Below, in pieces: positions 25,092 through 34,351 of a DNA stretch of 38,406 nucleotides. Every line of letters begins with the position of its first letter. Position 1 is the first letter of the stretch. The stretch spans positions 1 through 38,406 of the forward strand of contig JAFOVN010000047.1 in NCBI GenBank assembly GCA_017392345.1. Direction: 5' to 3'. The position numbers and the translations under genes were made by a program. Below the pieces are notes generated by a model. The model did no database searches. It was not told the origin of the DNA and saw nothing but the letters and a program-made list of their open reading frames with translations. Source of the stretch: Alphaproteobacteria bacterium (GTDB lineage: Bacteria; Pseudomonadota; Alphaproteobacteria; Rs-D84).

Positions 25092-25120
25092 ATTTTACCA
25101 TAAAATGACGGTTGGTGCAA
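25092..25120 (-). promoter_or_regulatory. Sigma70 promoter of the candidate ncRNA
   Basis: TTGCAC-17 bp-TAAAAT with TG extension. Confidence 0.7.
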
Positions 25121-25154
25121 GAGCGTTCGTAAAAAAGAAAATAATTCCAGAGAA

Positions 25155-25428
25155 TCGTCACACCGCTGAAGAGCGGTGCCCAGGCATCGCGACAGCGATG
25201 ACTTGCCCCGCAGGGAATGCGATGTGCGCTTTGCGACATCGCACCACTACCCCGTCCGCGTTCGCGGCCACCCCTTCGCCAGCGAAGGGGACTTGTCTGC
25301 GACGCGATCGCGGCATTTGCTATCGCAAAGCCGGATGGATACCGCCCTTCGGCGGTATGACGGAAAAAAACACGGGCGCGTTCGCGCCCGCACCCGTCAC
25401 GGCCACGGTACCGCTTTGCGGTGACGGG
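25155..25428. repeat. Nested REP-like palindrome cluster
   Basis: CCCCTT...AAGGGG unit (25243-25293) inside a cgtcac...tatgacg element; 25338-25390 is 52/53 identical to 23635-23687. Confidence 0.85.
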
Positions 25429-25478
25429 ACGGACTTACACCTTGTCTCGCTGTAGCAATAGCGAAAGCGGATAACACT

Positions 25479-25504
25479 AAAAAACACCCTTTCGGGTGTT
25501 TTTT
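25479..25504 (-). terminator. Terminator after rpsK
   Basis: aaaaacacc-ctttcg-ggtgttttt hairpin with A/T runs on both sides. Confidence 0.8.
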
Positions 25505-25505
25505 C

Positions 25506-25883
25506 TTAAACTCTACGCACTTTCTTTGGACGACAACCGTTGTGCGGAATACGCGTTGTATCGGTAATACTTTGCACAACCAACCCGGCATTAGCCAAAC
25601 CACGAACCGCGGATTCACGACCCTGACCAATTCCGCGCATAAGGACATCGACGGTCTTCATACCCATTTCGGCAACCTTTTTGCCAACCGCGTCCGCAAC
25701 AACCGTCGCCGCATACGGGGTCGATTTCTTTGCGCCCTTGAAATTATTCGCGCCCGCCGTCGCCCAGGTCAAAACCGCACCCGATTGATCAGTGATTGTG
25801 ATACGCGTATTATTATTCGTGGCAACGACATGAGCAATGCCGTGCGAAACTTTTTTTACAACTTTCTTTTTATTTATTGCCAT
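25506..25883 (-). CDS. rpsK: 30S ribosomal protein S11
   Basis: NNTRITITD, KKSTPYAA, PHNGCRP. Confidence 0.98.
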   Translation of the reverse strand: MAINKKKVVKKVSHGIAHVVATNNNTRITITDQSGAVLTWATAGANNFKGAKKSTPYAATVVADAVGKKVAEMGMKTVDVLMRGIGQGRESAVRGLANAGLVVQSITDTTRIPHNGCRPKKVRRV

Positions 25884-25947
25884 TTTTATTTTTTCCTTTT
25901 ATTAGATGTCTTCAATTAACTATCGTGTTAATCTCTACCCAACGGGA

Positions 25948-26325
25948 TTATTTACCCTTGACCGCAGAACCCGCGACAACGATACGTTTACCCTTGCGCG
26001 TACGGGCATTGGTCTGTGTCCGTTGACCGCGAACCGGCAAACGGTTACGATGACGGATACCGCGATATGTTTTCAAATCTTGCAACCGTTTGATATTCAT
26101 CGCAACTTCACGACGAACGTCACCTTCGACCTTGAAATTCTGTTCAATATAGTTCGAAATTTTGATAACGTCTTCGTCGGTCAAATCCTTTGCGCGCAGA
26201 CCATCCTTTAACTTTAATGCCTTGCAAATCTGTGCGGCGCGGGTTGGCCCAATGCCGTGAATGTATTGCAAAGCGGCCTCGATACGTTTTTCTGTGGGTA
26301 TATTTACACCTGCTATACGTGCCAT
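25948..26325 (-). CDS. rpsM: 30S ribosomal protein S13
   Basis: [27 protein letters not shown]. Confidence 0.99.
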   Translation of the reverse strand: MARIAGVNIPTEKRIEAALQYIHGIGPTRAAQICKALKLKDGLRAKDLTDEDVIKISNYIEQNFKVEGDVRREVAMNIKRLQDLKTYRGIRHRNRLPVRGQRTQTNARTRKGKRIVVAGSAVKGK

Positions 26326-26388
26326 TTTTATTTTTCCTTTTTATTTTTTTGTTCGGACGTTTCCGCCCCCATTTTTGCCATCACGACA

Positions 26389-26416
26389 ATTCTATACGAA
26401 TCGGCGCAAAAGTCAA
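26389..26416 (-). promoter_or_regulatory. Internal promoter for rpsM-rpsK
   Basis: TTGACT-16 bp-TAGAAT. Confidence 0.6.
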
Positions 26417-26436
26417 ACCTTTGTTTCACGCAAGTT

Positions 26437-27753
26437 TTAATTACGGAAACGACCTTTCTTTGCGGCGCCCATAACGCCATGATACTGTTTTGCAACCAAA
26501 TATGATTGCACCTGGTTCATGGTGTCAAGCACGACACCCGCAACGATTAAAACACTGGTTCCGCCAATCATCAACGGCATTCCAAAGTGCGTATTCAAAA
26601 TAATCGGCAACACGCACACGACAATCAGGTACAAAACGCCAATCGCCGTCACCCGTGACACCATGGAATCCAAGAAACTCACCGTCTGTTCGCCCGGCCG
26701 TACGCCCGGAATATAACCACCGGCATTGCGCAGATTATTACTGGTTTCTTCGGAATTGAACACGACCGCCGTTTGGAAATACGCAAAGAACGCAATCAAA
26801 ATCGTGTACAAAATGATATATGACCACGCCCCATAAGTAAAGAATCCCATTATATTTTGCACAACAAGATTTTCACTTTGAACGAATCGTTGCACAAACG
26901 CCGGCAACATCATAATGGACGATGCGAACACCGGCCCCATAACGCCCGACATATTGACCTTTATCGGCAAATACGACGCGTTAGTATTCACAACACCGTT
27001 CGCCATAACCTGGCGCGGGTACAAGATTTGCACGCGACGTTGCGCCAATTCAAAGAACGCAATCAACGCAACAATTCCGACCACAAACAATATCACCAAC
27101 GCAATCATCGCCGGCGACATTTGCCCAACGGACCCAAGGGACACAATTTTCGCGACACCTTCGGGAATTTGCGCGATAATGCCCGCGAAAATAAGCAACG
27201 ATGCGCCCTGGCCTATGCCACGCGCGGTAATTTGTTCCGCAAGCCACATGACAAAAACCGTTCCACCGACCAGCGCAATAATCGCCGACAATTCAAACGA
27301 AAATCCCGGATTCACAACCGCACGAACACCATTGACCGGCGCCATCACTTCTAATCCGCGCACCACGGCCCAACCCTGAACCACCGCAAGCAATACCGCC
27401 AAATAGCGTGTATATTGGTTGATTTTGATACGACCCGATTCGCCCTCTTTGCGTAAATCATTTAGCGATTTGCTGGTCGCGGTCAACAATTGCAACACGA
27501 TAGATGCCGAAATATACGGGAAAATGTTAAGTGCCAACACCGACATACGCGAAAGCGACCCACCAGTGAACATATCAAACATGCCCATCATACCACTGCC
27601 TTCGCCGGTAAACAGGTGCAACACCGCCGACGCATTTACGCCCGGCAACGGAATAAACGACCCGATACGATAGATAACCAGCGCCCCGAGCGTAAATAAA
27701 ATACGCTTTTGCAAATCTGAAAGTTTCCCAAAAAACCTTGATATGAATTTCAT
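26437..27753 (-). CDS. secY: Preprotein translocase subunit SecY
   Basis: PYISASIVLQLL, WLAEQITARGIG, IPGVRPG, GGTSVLIV. Confidence 0.99.
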   Translation of the reverse strand: MKFISRFFGKLSDLQKRILFTLGALVIYRIGSFIPLPGVNASAVLHLFTGEGSGMMGMFDMFTGGSLSRMSVLALNIFPYISASIVLQLLTATSKSLNDLRKEGESGRIKINQYTRYLAVLLAVVQGWAVVRGLEVMAPVNGVRAVVNPGFSFELSAIIALVGGTVFVMWLAEQITARGIGQGASLLIFAGIIAQIPEGVAKIVSLGSVGQMSPAMIALVILFVVGIVALIAFFELAQRRVQILYPRQVMANGVVNTNASYLPIKVNMSGVMGPVFASSIMMLPAFVQRFVQSENLVVQNIMGFFTYGAWSYIILYTILIAFFAYFQTAVVFNSEETSNNLRNAGGYIPGVRPGEQTVSFLDSMVSRVTAIGVLYLIVVCVLPIILNTHFGMPLMIGGTSVLIVAGVVLDTMNQVQSYLVAKQYHGVMGAAKKGRFRN

Positions 27754-27779
27754 GCGCCGTCTCTCTTTCCTATTCCCGT

Positions 27780-28238
27780 TTATTTATTTTTGATTGTTCC
27801 GCCCACTTTGGTAATGGCTTCTTCGGCCGCCTTGGACCATTTTGCCGCAACGATATTCACCGCGGTTTTAATTTCGCCTTTGGCCAAAACCTTCAAACCC
27901 GACATACGACGATTCAAAATTTTTGCCGCCATCAAAGAATCGATACTGATTTCCTTGGCCGCATCAATTTTACCGGCCGCGATAAATTTTTCAATATCGC
28001 CCAAATTGATTGTCGCATAGTGTTTCGCAAATGGATTTGTAAAACCATATTTCGGGAAACGACGCAAAATCGGCATCTGACCACCTTGGAAAGTTGCCTG
28101 TTTACGCGAACCCGCGCGCGCCTTTTGACCCTTGGTTCCACGACCCGCGGTCTTACCATAACCCGACGCCATACCACGCCCAACACGTTTAATATCGGAA
28201 CGTGCACCCTTATTATCCATCAAAGCATTTAATTTCAT
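27780..28238 (-). CDS. rplO: 50S ribosomal protein L15
   Basis: RVGRG...GKTAGRGTKGQKAR, GGQMP. Confidence 0.98.
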   Translation of the reverse strand: MKLNALMDNKGARSDIKRVGRGMASGYGKTAGRGTKGQKARAGSRKQATFQGGQMPILRRFPKYGFTNPFAKHYATINLGDIEKFIAAGKIDAAKEISIDSLMAAKILNRRMSGLKVLAKGEIKTAVNIVAAKWSKAAEEAITKVGGTIKNK

Positions 28239-28315
28239 TTTTTTTCCTTTTTGTCCTATGACTATTATAGTCTATTTCGCGCATAATACAAGATTACACA
28301 CTCGGTTAATTTTGG

Positions 28316-28657
28316 TTACTTGCCAAGTTGTTGCATTTGTTGTTCTGCATAACTCCTTAATACAGGCAACATCGCACTCAATTTCTCCAATGTGTTGTAT
28401 GATCCTAACTCCATATCCTTCGACACCGCAAGCACAAACAAACGTTCTACCGCTCTTGCACGGCTGACCTTGAAAGGACAACGTTCTTTTCTGCGAATTG
28501 CTGAAGCATACAGATTAAACAACTTATCCATTTGGTTAGGATGGAAAGCACACATCCACTGGAAAATCCACAACAATTTTTCTCCTGTTTTTATTTTGTC
28601 CATATTAACAGAAAGAGAAAAACCTGACCTGCCGCCCAACATCCTATTTCGCCTCAC
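28316..28657 (-). CDS. Hypothetical protein inserted between rpmD and rplO (start uncertain, about 95-113 aa)
   Basis: Co-oriented ORF filling a 419-bp gap; no recognisable motif. Confidence 0.5.
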   Translation of the reverse strand: MRRNRMLGGRSGFSLSVNMDKIKTGEKLLWIFQWMCAFHPNQMDKLFNLYASAIRRKERCPFKVSRARAVERLFVLAVSKDMELGSYNTLEKLSAMLPVLRSYAEQQMQQLGK

Positions 28658-28840
28658 CTATTCTTCCGTTACACTGACCAAATGCGCGACTTTGGCAATC
28701 ATACCACGAATCGCGGCATTGTCCGCGAATTCATGCGATTTGCCAATACGCCCCAATCCCAATGTCGCCAAAATTTTGCGTTGCGATTCCGGACGACCGA
28801 TAACACTCTTGATTTGTTTTACAATTATTTTTTTTGCCAT
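28658..28840 (-). CDS. rpmD: 50S ribosomal protein L30
   Basis: [31 protein letters not shown]. Confidence 0.97.
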   Translation of the reverse strand: MAKKIIVKQIKSVIGRPESQRKILATLGLGRIGKSHEFADNAAIRGMIAKVAHLVSVTEE

Positions 28841-28855
28841 AACAATCACCTTTTA

Positions 28856-29419
28856 TTATTTGTCTTCCGTTTCTTTTGCTTCTTCGGCCATTTTCTTGCC
28901 GTCACGACCCGCAACAATTTCCGCAACCGTTTTACCACGACGCGCCGCCACGGTCTTTGGCGAATTCATCTTTGAAAACGCAAGGAACACCGCACGAATC
29001 ATATTGTTCGGGTTATTCGCACCCTGGGACTTCACAACGACATCTTGGACCCCCAGGCAATCGAACACCGCACGCAACGCACCACCCGCAATAATACCAG
29101 TACCGGGAACCGCACTACGCAGAACCAATTTACTTGCACCATATTTAACCGAAATATCATGATGCAATGTGCGGCCTTCTTTCAGTGGAACGCGAATCAT
29201 TTTTGCCTTGGCGGCCTTGGTTGCTTTTTGCACGGCGGATTGCACTTCCAACGCCTTGCCTTTACCAAAACCAACCTTGCCGGCCTTGTCCCCAACAACG
29301 ACGAGTGCCGAAAAAGACATATTCTTACCGCCCTTCACAGTTTTGGAAACGCGGTTCACAGAAACCAATTTATCTACTAAATTATCTGTCTGTAAATTTT
29401 TATTATCAAAACGTGCCAT
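28856..29419 (-). CDS. rpsE: 30S ribosomal protein S5
   Basis: [19 protein letters not shown]. Confidence 0.98.
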   Translation of the reverse strand: MARFDNKNLQTDNLVDKLVSVNRVSKTVKGGKNMSFSALVVVGDKAGKVGFGKGKALEVQSAVQKATKAAKAKMIRVPLKEGRTLHHDISVKYGASKLVLRSAVPGTGIIAGGALRAVFDCLGVQDVVVKSQGANNPNNMIRAVFLAFSKMNSPKTVAARRGKTVAEIVAGRDGKKMAEEAKETEDK

Positions 29420-29438
29420 TTATAAACTCCATTTATAT

Positions 29439-29795
29439 TTAGATTCTGACGCCACCGGCGCGGATTGCCTCGCACAATGCCTTTACACGACCATGATAGC
29501 GATACGCCCCACGATCGAAATAGCAATTGTCCGCAATTTTTGCCGCGACAACACGTTCGGCGAACGCCTTGCCAACCAATTCGGCACCCGCGATATTCCA
29601 ACCGTGCCCCTTAAAGCCCTTTTCTTTGGACGATGCGGCACAAATTGTACGGCCCTTTACATCATCAATGGCCTGAATTTCAATATGACGACCACTGCGG
29701 AAAACCGACAAACGGATTTTCCCAGGGTTTTTCTTTTTCAACGCAACGCGTGTCACCAATTTGCGTCTTTCTTCCGTAGATAAATGTTTCAACAT
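29439..29795 (-). CDS. rplR: 50S ribosomal protein L18
   Basis: RLSVFRS, FDRGAYRYHGRVKAL. Confidence 0.98.
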   Translation of the reverse strand: MLKHLSTEERRKLVTRVALKKKNPGKIRLSVFRSGRHIEIQAIDDVKGRTICAASSKEKGFKGHGWNIAGAELVGKAFAERVVAAKIADNCYFDRGAYRYHGRVKALCEAIRAGGVRI

Positions 29796-29842
29796 TTTTT
29801 TTCCTTTTTTCCAATTCCCGTAACAGCGGAAATTTTTACTTA

Positions 29843-30394
29843 TTATTTCTTTTTACCTTCTTTGTGGCGAACCTTTTCACCCTTATAGAAGATGCCCTTG
29901 GCCTTGTACGGGTCCATTTTGCGAATCTTGTGAATTTTGTCCGCGAACAGACCGACCGCACATTTGTCATTACCACTGATGGTAAATTCCGTCGGCGTTT
30001 CACCCATTGTCACGGTCAAACCATCCGGAATTTCCATAACAACATCATGCGAAAAGCCAACCACCAAAGTGAATTTTTTGCCACTGACCGATGCCTTGTA
30101 TCCGACACCCTTCATATACATCGCCTTGGAAAAGCCATGTGTCACGCCTTCGACCGCATTACGGATATTGCGGGTCATTGTCCCCCACATCGCACGCGAC
30201 GCCTTGTCTTCGGCATCTTTCGGGGTGACTACAACCTGGCCGGCTTCGACCTTGACATCAACCAAACCGGAATTTTTCGTATTCATTGGAACGGTCAATT
30301 CACCCTTTGGCCCTTTGATAACCAATTTGTCGCCATCCACAGATGCAACCACACCATCAATCAATTTAACTGGATATTTTCCTGCCCTTGACAT
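29843..30394 (-). CDS. rplF: 50S ribosomal protein L6
   Basis: KGPKGEL, GVGYKA, GFSH, PYKAKGI. Confidence 0.98.
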   Translation of the reverse strand: MSRAGKYPVKLIDGVVASVDGDKLVIKGPKGELTVPMNTKNSGLVDVKVEAGQVVVTPKDAEDKASRAMWGTMTRNIRNAVEGVTHGFSKAMYMKGVGYKASVSGKKFTLVVGFSHDVVMEIPDGLTVTMGETPTEFTISGNDKCAVGLFADKIHKIRKMDPYKAKGIFYKGEKVRHKEGKKK

Positions 30395-30410
30395 AATTAC
30401 ATCCTTTTAA

Positions 30411-30809
30411 TTATATAACCTTGCACAAAACTTCACCGCCGACATTCATCAGGCGCGCCTTGTGATCCGTCATGACACCATGTGGCGTTGACACAATCGA
30501 AATCCCCAGGCCATTCAACACGCGTGGCATCTTTGCGGCACCAGAATAGACACGGCGTCCCGGTTTTGAAACCGCAGAAATATCTTGAATTGCACCATTT
30601 CCGCCGACATATTTCAACACGACGACCAAATTTGAACGATGTTCATCGATTTCTTCTTTGCGAAAATCTTCGATAAAACCTTCTTCTTTAAGAACCGCCA
30701 AAACCGCGGCACGTAATTTGCTGTTCGGAACAGTTATGGTTTCTTTACCCGCGTTTTGACCATTACGTATACGCGCAACCATATCTCCGATTGGGTGTGA
30801 TAATGACAT
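30411..30809 (-). CDS. rpsH: 30S ribosomal protein S8
   Basis: PIGDMVARIRNG, SKPGRRVY, GGEVLC. Confidence 0.98.
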   Translation of the reverse strand: MSLSHPIGDMVARIRNGQNAGKETITVPNSKLRAAVLAVLKEEGFIEDFRKEEIDEHRSNLVVVLKYVGGNGAIQDISAVSKPGRRVYSGAAKMPRVLNGLGISIVSTPHGVMTDHKARLMNVGGEVLCKVI

Positions 30810-30862
30810 CTTTTTACTCCTATGCTAACCGATTGCATTGTCCACAACCGGCACGTTTATTT

Positions 30863-31165
30863 TTACCAACTCGACTTACGAACGCCCGGCAATTTACCTT
30901 CGGATGCCTGGGTTCTAACCTGTTGACGACAAAGACCGAACATACGGAAAAATCCGCGTGCACGTCCCGTAATACTGCAACGATTGTGCAAACGCGTCGG
31001 GTTCGCATTGCGCGGCAACTTTGCCATTTTAAGCATCGCTTCCTTGCGTTCTTCGGGTGTTGCATTACGTGACATTTTTTCCTTTAATGCGGCACGCTTT
31101 GCGGCATATTTCTTGACCATACCTTCACGTCTTTTTTGTTTATTTCTTAACGCCAATTTAGCCAT
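30863..31165 (-). CDS. rpsN: 30S ribosomal protein S14 (long form lacking the CxxC zinc motif)
   Basis: LPRNANPTRLHNRCSITGR, LPGVRKSSW. Confidence 0.98.
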   Translation of the reverse strand: MAKLALRNKQKRREGMVKKYAAKRAALKEKMSRNATPEERKEAMLKMAKLPRNANPTRLHNRCSITGRARGFFRMFGLCRQQVRTQASEGKLPGVRKSSW

Positions 31166-31180
31166 TTTTCGTTCCTTTTA

Positions 31181-31726
31181 TTATTTCAATACCAACGGCA
31201 GGCCGATTTTTGTCAGCAATGCGCGCGCTTCGTCATCCGTTTTCGCGGTTGTGGCAATCACAATATCCATACCACGAATAGAATCTATTTTATCAATGGA
31301 AATTTCCGGGAATATCAAATGTTCTTTGATACCAAAGGCGTAATTTCCACGACCATCAAATTTTGATTTCGAAAGACCGCGAAAATCCTTGACACGCGGC
31401 AACGCAATCGTAATCAGTTTATCAAGAAAGTCATACATACGTTTCCCGCGCAACGTCACCTTGGTTCCAATCGCCTGGCCTTCACGCAAACGGTATGTCG
31501 CGATGGACTTTTTCGCATGTGTAATAATTGGCTTTTGTGCGGCAATCGCGGTCAAATCAGTCACCGCCGCATCAAGTTTCTTTTTATCAGCAACCGCTTC
31601 GCCAACGCCCATATTCAAAACAATCTTTGACAGTTTCGGAACCGCCAACATATTTTTGTATCCGAATTCTTTGACCAATTCAGGCACAATTTCCTTTTCA
31701 TAAATTTCACGCAATCTGCTTTGCAT
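31181..31726 (-). CDS. rplE: 50S ribosomal protein L5
   Basis: [27 protein letters not shown]. Confidence 0.99.
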   Translation of the reverse strand: MQSRLREIYEKEIVPELVKEFGYKNMLAVPKLSKIVLNMGVGEAVADKKKLDAAVTDLTAIAAQKPIITHAKKSIATYRLREGQAIGTKVTLRGKRMYDFLDKLITIALPRVKDFRGLSKSKFDGRGNYAFGIKEHLIFPEISIDKIDSIRGMDIVIATTAKTDDEARALLTKIGLPLVLK

Positions 31727-31765
31727 TTTTTTATCCTTTTATTTCCCGTAACAGCGGGATGTTTT

Positions 31766-32068
31766 TTACAGTTCTGTCCCAGATTTCTTGGCAACACGAA
31801 CTTTTTTACCCTTTTCCATTTTGTATCCAACACGCGTAGGTTTCTTGGTTTTCGGGTCAACCAACGCAACATTGGAAACATGAATTGGCGCCTCGCGGTC
31901 AACAATGTGCCCTGCTTCGTTTTGTGTCGGTTTAATATGCCATTTGTGACGATTTACACCGGCAACAACAACACGTGATTCGGCCGGCCGTGCTTCTAAA
32001 ACCGCACCTTTGACACCCTTGTATTTCCCAGAAATAACTACGACTTCATCGCCTTTTTTAATTTTCAT
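31766..32068 (-). CDS. rplX: 50S ribosomal protein L24
   Basis: [24 protein letters not shown]. Confidence 0.98.
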   Translation of the reverse strand: MKIKKGDEVVVISGKYKGVKGAVLEARPAESRVVVAGVNRHKWHIKPTQNEAGHIVDREAPIHVSNVALVDPKTKKPTRVGYKMEKGKKVRVAKKSGTEL

Positions 32069-32085
32069 CTTGAAACCCTTTTGTT

Positions 32086-32460
32086 TTATAACACTTCTGG
32101 TGCCAAAGACACAATCTTTTGAACGTCATATTTGCGACGCACTTCACGGGCAATTGGCCCAAAAATACGCGTTCCAATCGGTTCAAAGTTGTTCTTGTTT
32201 ATCAAAACGACCGCATTATCGTCGAAACGAATTATCGAACCATCCGGACGTTTAATCGGGAACTTGGTCCGCACGATAATCGCACGTTGCACCGTTCCTT
32301 TTTGCACTTTGCCACGCGGAATTGCTTCTTTGATGGCGACCACAATTTTATCACCGACGGTGGCATAGCGCCGATGCGAACCACCCAAAACCTTGATACA
32401 CATCGCCTTGCGTGCCCCGGAATTATCCGCAACCGTCATAACTGTTTCATGTTGAATCAT
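32086..32460 (-). CDS. rplN: 50S ribosomal protein L14
   Basis: MIQ...[22 protein letters not shown]. Confidence 0.99.
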   Translation of the reverse strand: MIQHETVMTVADNSGARKAMCIKVLGGSHRRYATVGDKIVVAIKEAIPRGKVQKGTVQRAIIVRTKFPIKRPDGSIIRFDDNAVVLINKNNFEPIGTRIFGPIAREVRRKYDVQKIVSLAPEVL

Positions 32461-32569
32461 AACCTTATCCTCGTCCTGCAAACGGGGCAGTTCCCCGCCG
32501 CTTTGTTATGGAACCCGACTGATGCAATCGTCCAAAGACCATCGCACCCTCAAAGGCCCCTGGGTTGAT

Positions 32570-32839
32570 TTAGTCCACTACCTCTACATCACCATCTTTG
32601 GATACGCCGACCAAGCCCTTGACAATCCAAGATTTGGTTTTCGATATCGGGCGATGCTCTTCAATCGCAACGATGTCGCCAACTTTATATTTATTGTCTT
32701 CATCGTGCGCTTTATACTTTTTATTATGCTTCACGAATTTTCCATACAGCGGGTGACGAAAACGACGTTCCACTTCTACAACAACCGTTTTATCATTCGC
32801 CGCACTTCTAACCGTGCCTTGCAGTATACGTCTTGGCAT
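32570..32839 (-). CDS. rpsQ: 30S ribosomal protein S17
   Basis: [19 protein letters not shown]. Confidence 0.98.
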   Translation of the reverse strand: MPRRILQGTVRSAANDKTVVVEVERRFRHPLYGKFVKHNKKYKAHDEDNKYKVGDIVAIEEHRPISKTKSWIVKGLVGVSKDGDVEVVD

Positions 32840-32933
32840 AACACTATCCCTTATATACTTTTTGTTTTACTTTAACCTAACCTGGCATATGATAACCTAA
32901 ATTTTGGAAATCTCAACCAAAATTAGTATTTTT

Positions 32934-33119
32934 TTATTGCGCCGCATTCAATTTTGTTTTAACACGTGCAATTTCACGACGGGTTTTACGCAAAACATGT
33001 GTTTTTGGTAAATTCCCAGCCGCATGTTGAAAGCGTTGATTCATCTGAGTTTTCTTCAAATTCATCAATTCGCCTTGCAATTCTTCTTTCTTCAAAGATT
33101 CCGTCTTCTTTTCTGCCAT
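32934..33119 (-). CDS. rpmC: 50S ribosomal protein L29
   Basis: NQRFQHAAG, RREIARVKT; position between rplP and rpsQ. Confidence 0.95.
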   Translation of the reverse strand: MAEKKTESLKKEELQGELMNLKKTQMNQRFQHAAGNLPKTHVLRKTRREIARVKTKLNAAQ

Positions 33120-33131
33120 AATTGCCACCTT

Positions 33132-33545
33132 TTAGTTTACTTTGCGTTCAACAATTTTTGTTTTGATTGGCAATTTTGCCGCCGCAAGTGCAAACGCTTC
33201 CGCCGCAACATCCGGCTTTACACCGTCCAATTCAAAGATTATACGTCCCGGTTTCACACGGCAAATCCAGTATTCAACGGCACCTTTACCCTTACCCATA
33301 CGAACCTGGGCCGGTTTCGCGGTAACCGGAACATCCGGAAAAACACGAATCCAAAGTTTTCCCATACGACGCATACGACGGGTGATGGCACGACGCGCGG
33401 CCTCTATCTGGCGTGCGGTAATGCGTTCCGGCGACAACGCCTTTAATCCAAAAGAACCGAAAGCCAATTCACTGCCACCCTTGGCGACACCATGAATGCG
33501 TCCTTTGTGCTGTTTGCGAAATTTTGTTTTATTTGGCATTAACAT
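33132..33545 (-). CDS. rplP: 50S ribosomal protein L16
   Basis: [26 protein letters not shown]. Confidence 0.99.
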   Translation of the reverse strand: MLMPNKTKFRKQHKGRIHGVAKGGSELAFGSFGLKALSPERITARQIEAARRAITRRMRRMGKLWIRVFPDVPVTAKPAQVRMGKGKGAVEYWICRVKPGRIIFELDGVKPDVAAEAFALAAAKLPIKTKIVERKVN

Positions 33546-33563
33546 GATAAAACCTCAACTTTC

Positions 33564-34265
33564 TTATTTTCTTTTGTTTTCACTTGTTCCGGCATATTCG
33601 GTTGGACGCGCCATTTCCGAAGCCCATTTTTCTTTGTTCACGACGTCCCCGGTATAAATCCAAACCTTAACCCCAACAACACCGTATGTGGTTTTGGCCT
33701 GAACCGCGGCATAATCAATATCCGCACGCAAAGTATGCAACGGAATACGACCTTCACGAATTTGTTCACTGCGCGCAATTTCCGCACCGTTCAAACGCCC
33801 AGAGCACATAATTTTAACACCCTGTGCGCCGGCCTTTTGTGCGTTTTGAATACCCTTTTTCATCGCGCGTTTATATGAAACACGACCCTCTATCTGTTGT
33901 GCAATACCTTGGGCAACCAATTGGGCATTCAAATCCGGTCTGCGGACTTCATAGATATTCACAACAACCTGATCATTTTTGACCAATTTTTTGATATCGT
34001 TACGCAACGCTTCGATATCCGCACCATTTTTACCGATAATCATACCCGGCCGCGAAGTATGCACCGTTATAACAACCTTTTTAGCAATACGGTCAATAAC
34101 GATTTTTGCAATCCCCGCCTTTTTAAGTTTTTTCTCTAAAAACTTACGAATAACATTATCTTCTTCCAAACAAGCCGCATAGTGCTTCTTGTCCACAATC
34201 CAGCGCGAATCCGGAACTTTGTTTATGGATAAACGCTGTGCAATTGGCGATACTTTCTGTCCCAT
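33564..34265 (-). CDS. rpsC: 30S ribosomal protein S3
   Basis: MGQKV, RPGMIIG, SGRLNGAEIARSE, PLHTLRADIDY. Confidence 0.99.
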   Translation of the reverse strand: MGQKVSPIAQRLSINKVPDSRWIVDKKHYAACLEEDNVIRKFLEKKLKKAGIAKIVIDRIAKKVVITVHTSRPGMIIGKNGADIEALRNDIKKLVKNDQVVVNIYEVRRPDLNAQLVAQGIAQQIEGRVSYKRAMKKGIQNAQKAGAQGVKIMCSGRLNGAEIARSEQIREGRIPLHTLRADIDYAAVQAKTTYGVVGVKVWIYTGDVVNKEKWASEMARPTEYAGTSENKRK

Positions 34266-34351
34266 TTTTTTCCCTTATGTTTATGTTTAGTGTTCTTGAA
34301 ACCTTTCAGTTTTATTCCGGGGTCGCCCCCATACCACCAAACATTGTTCTT

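Noticed and set aside
28392-29783. Long plus-strand ORFs (256 aa, 204 aa) in the ribosomal cluster
   Set aside because: Antisense shadows of conserved r-protein genes with no independent signals.
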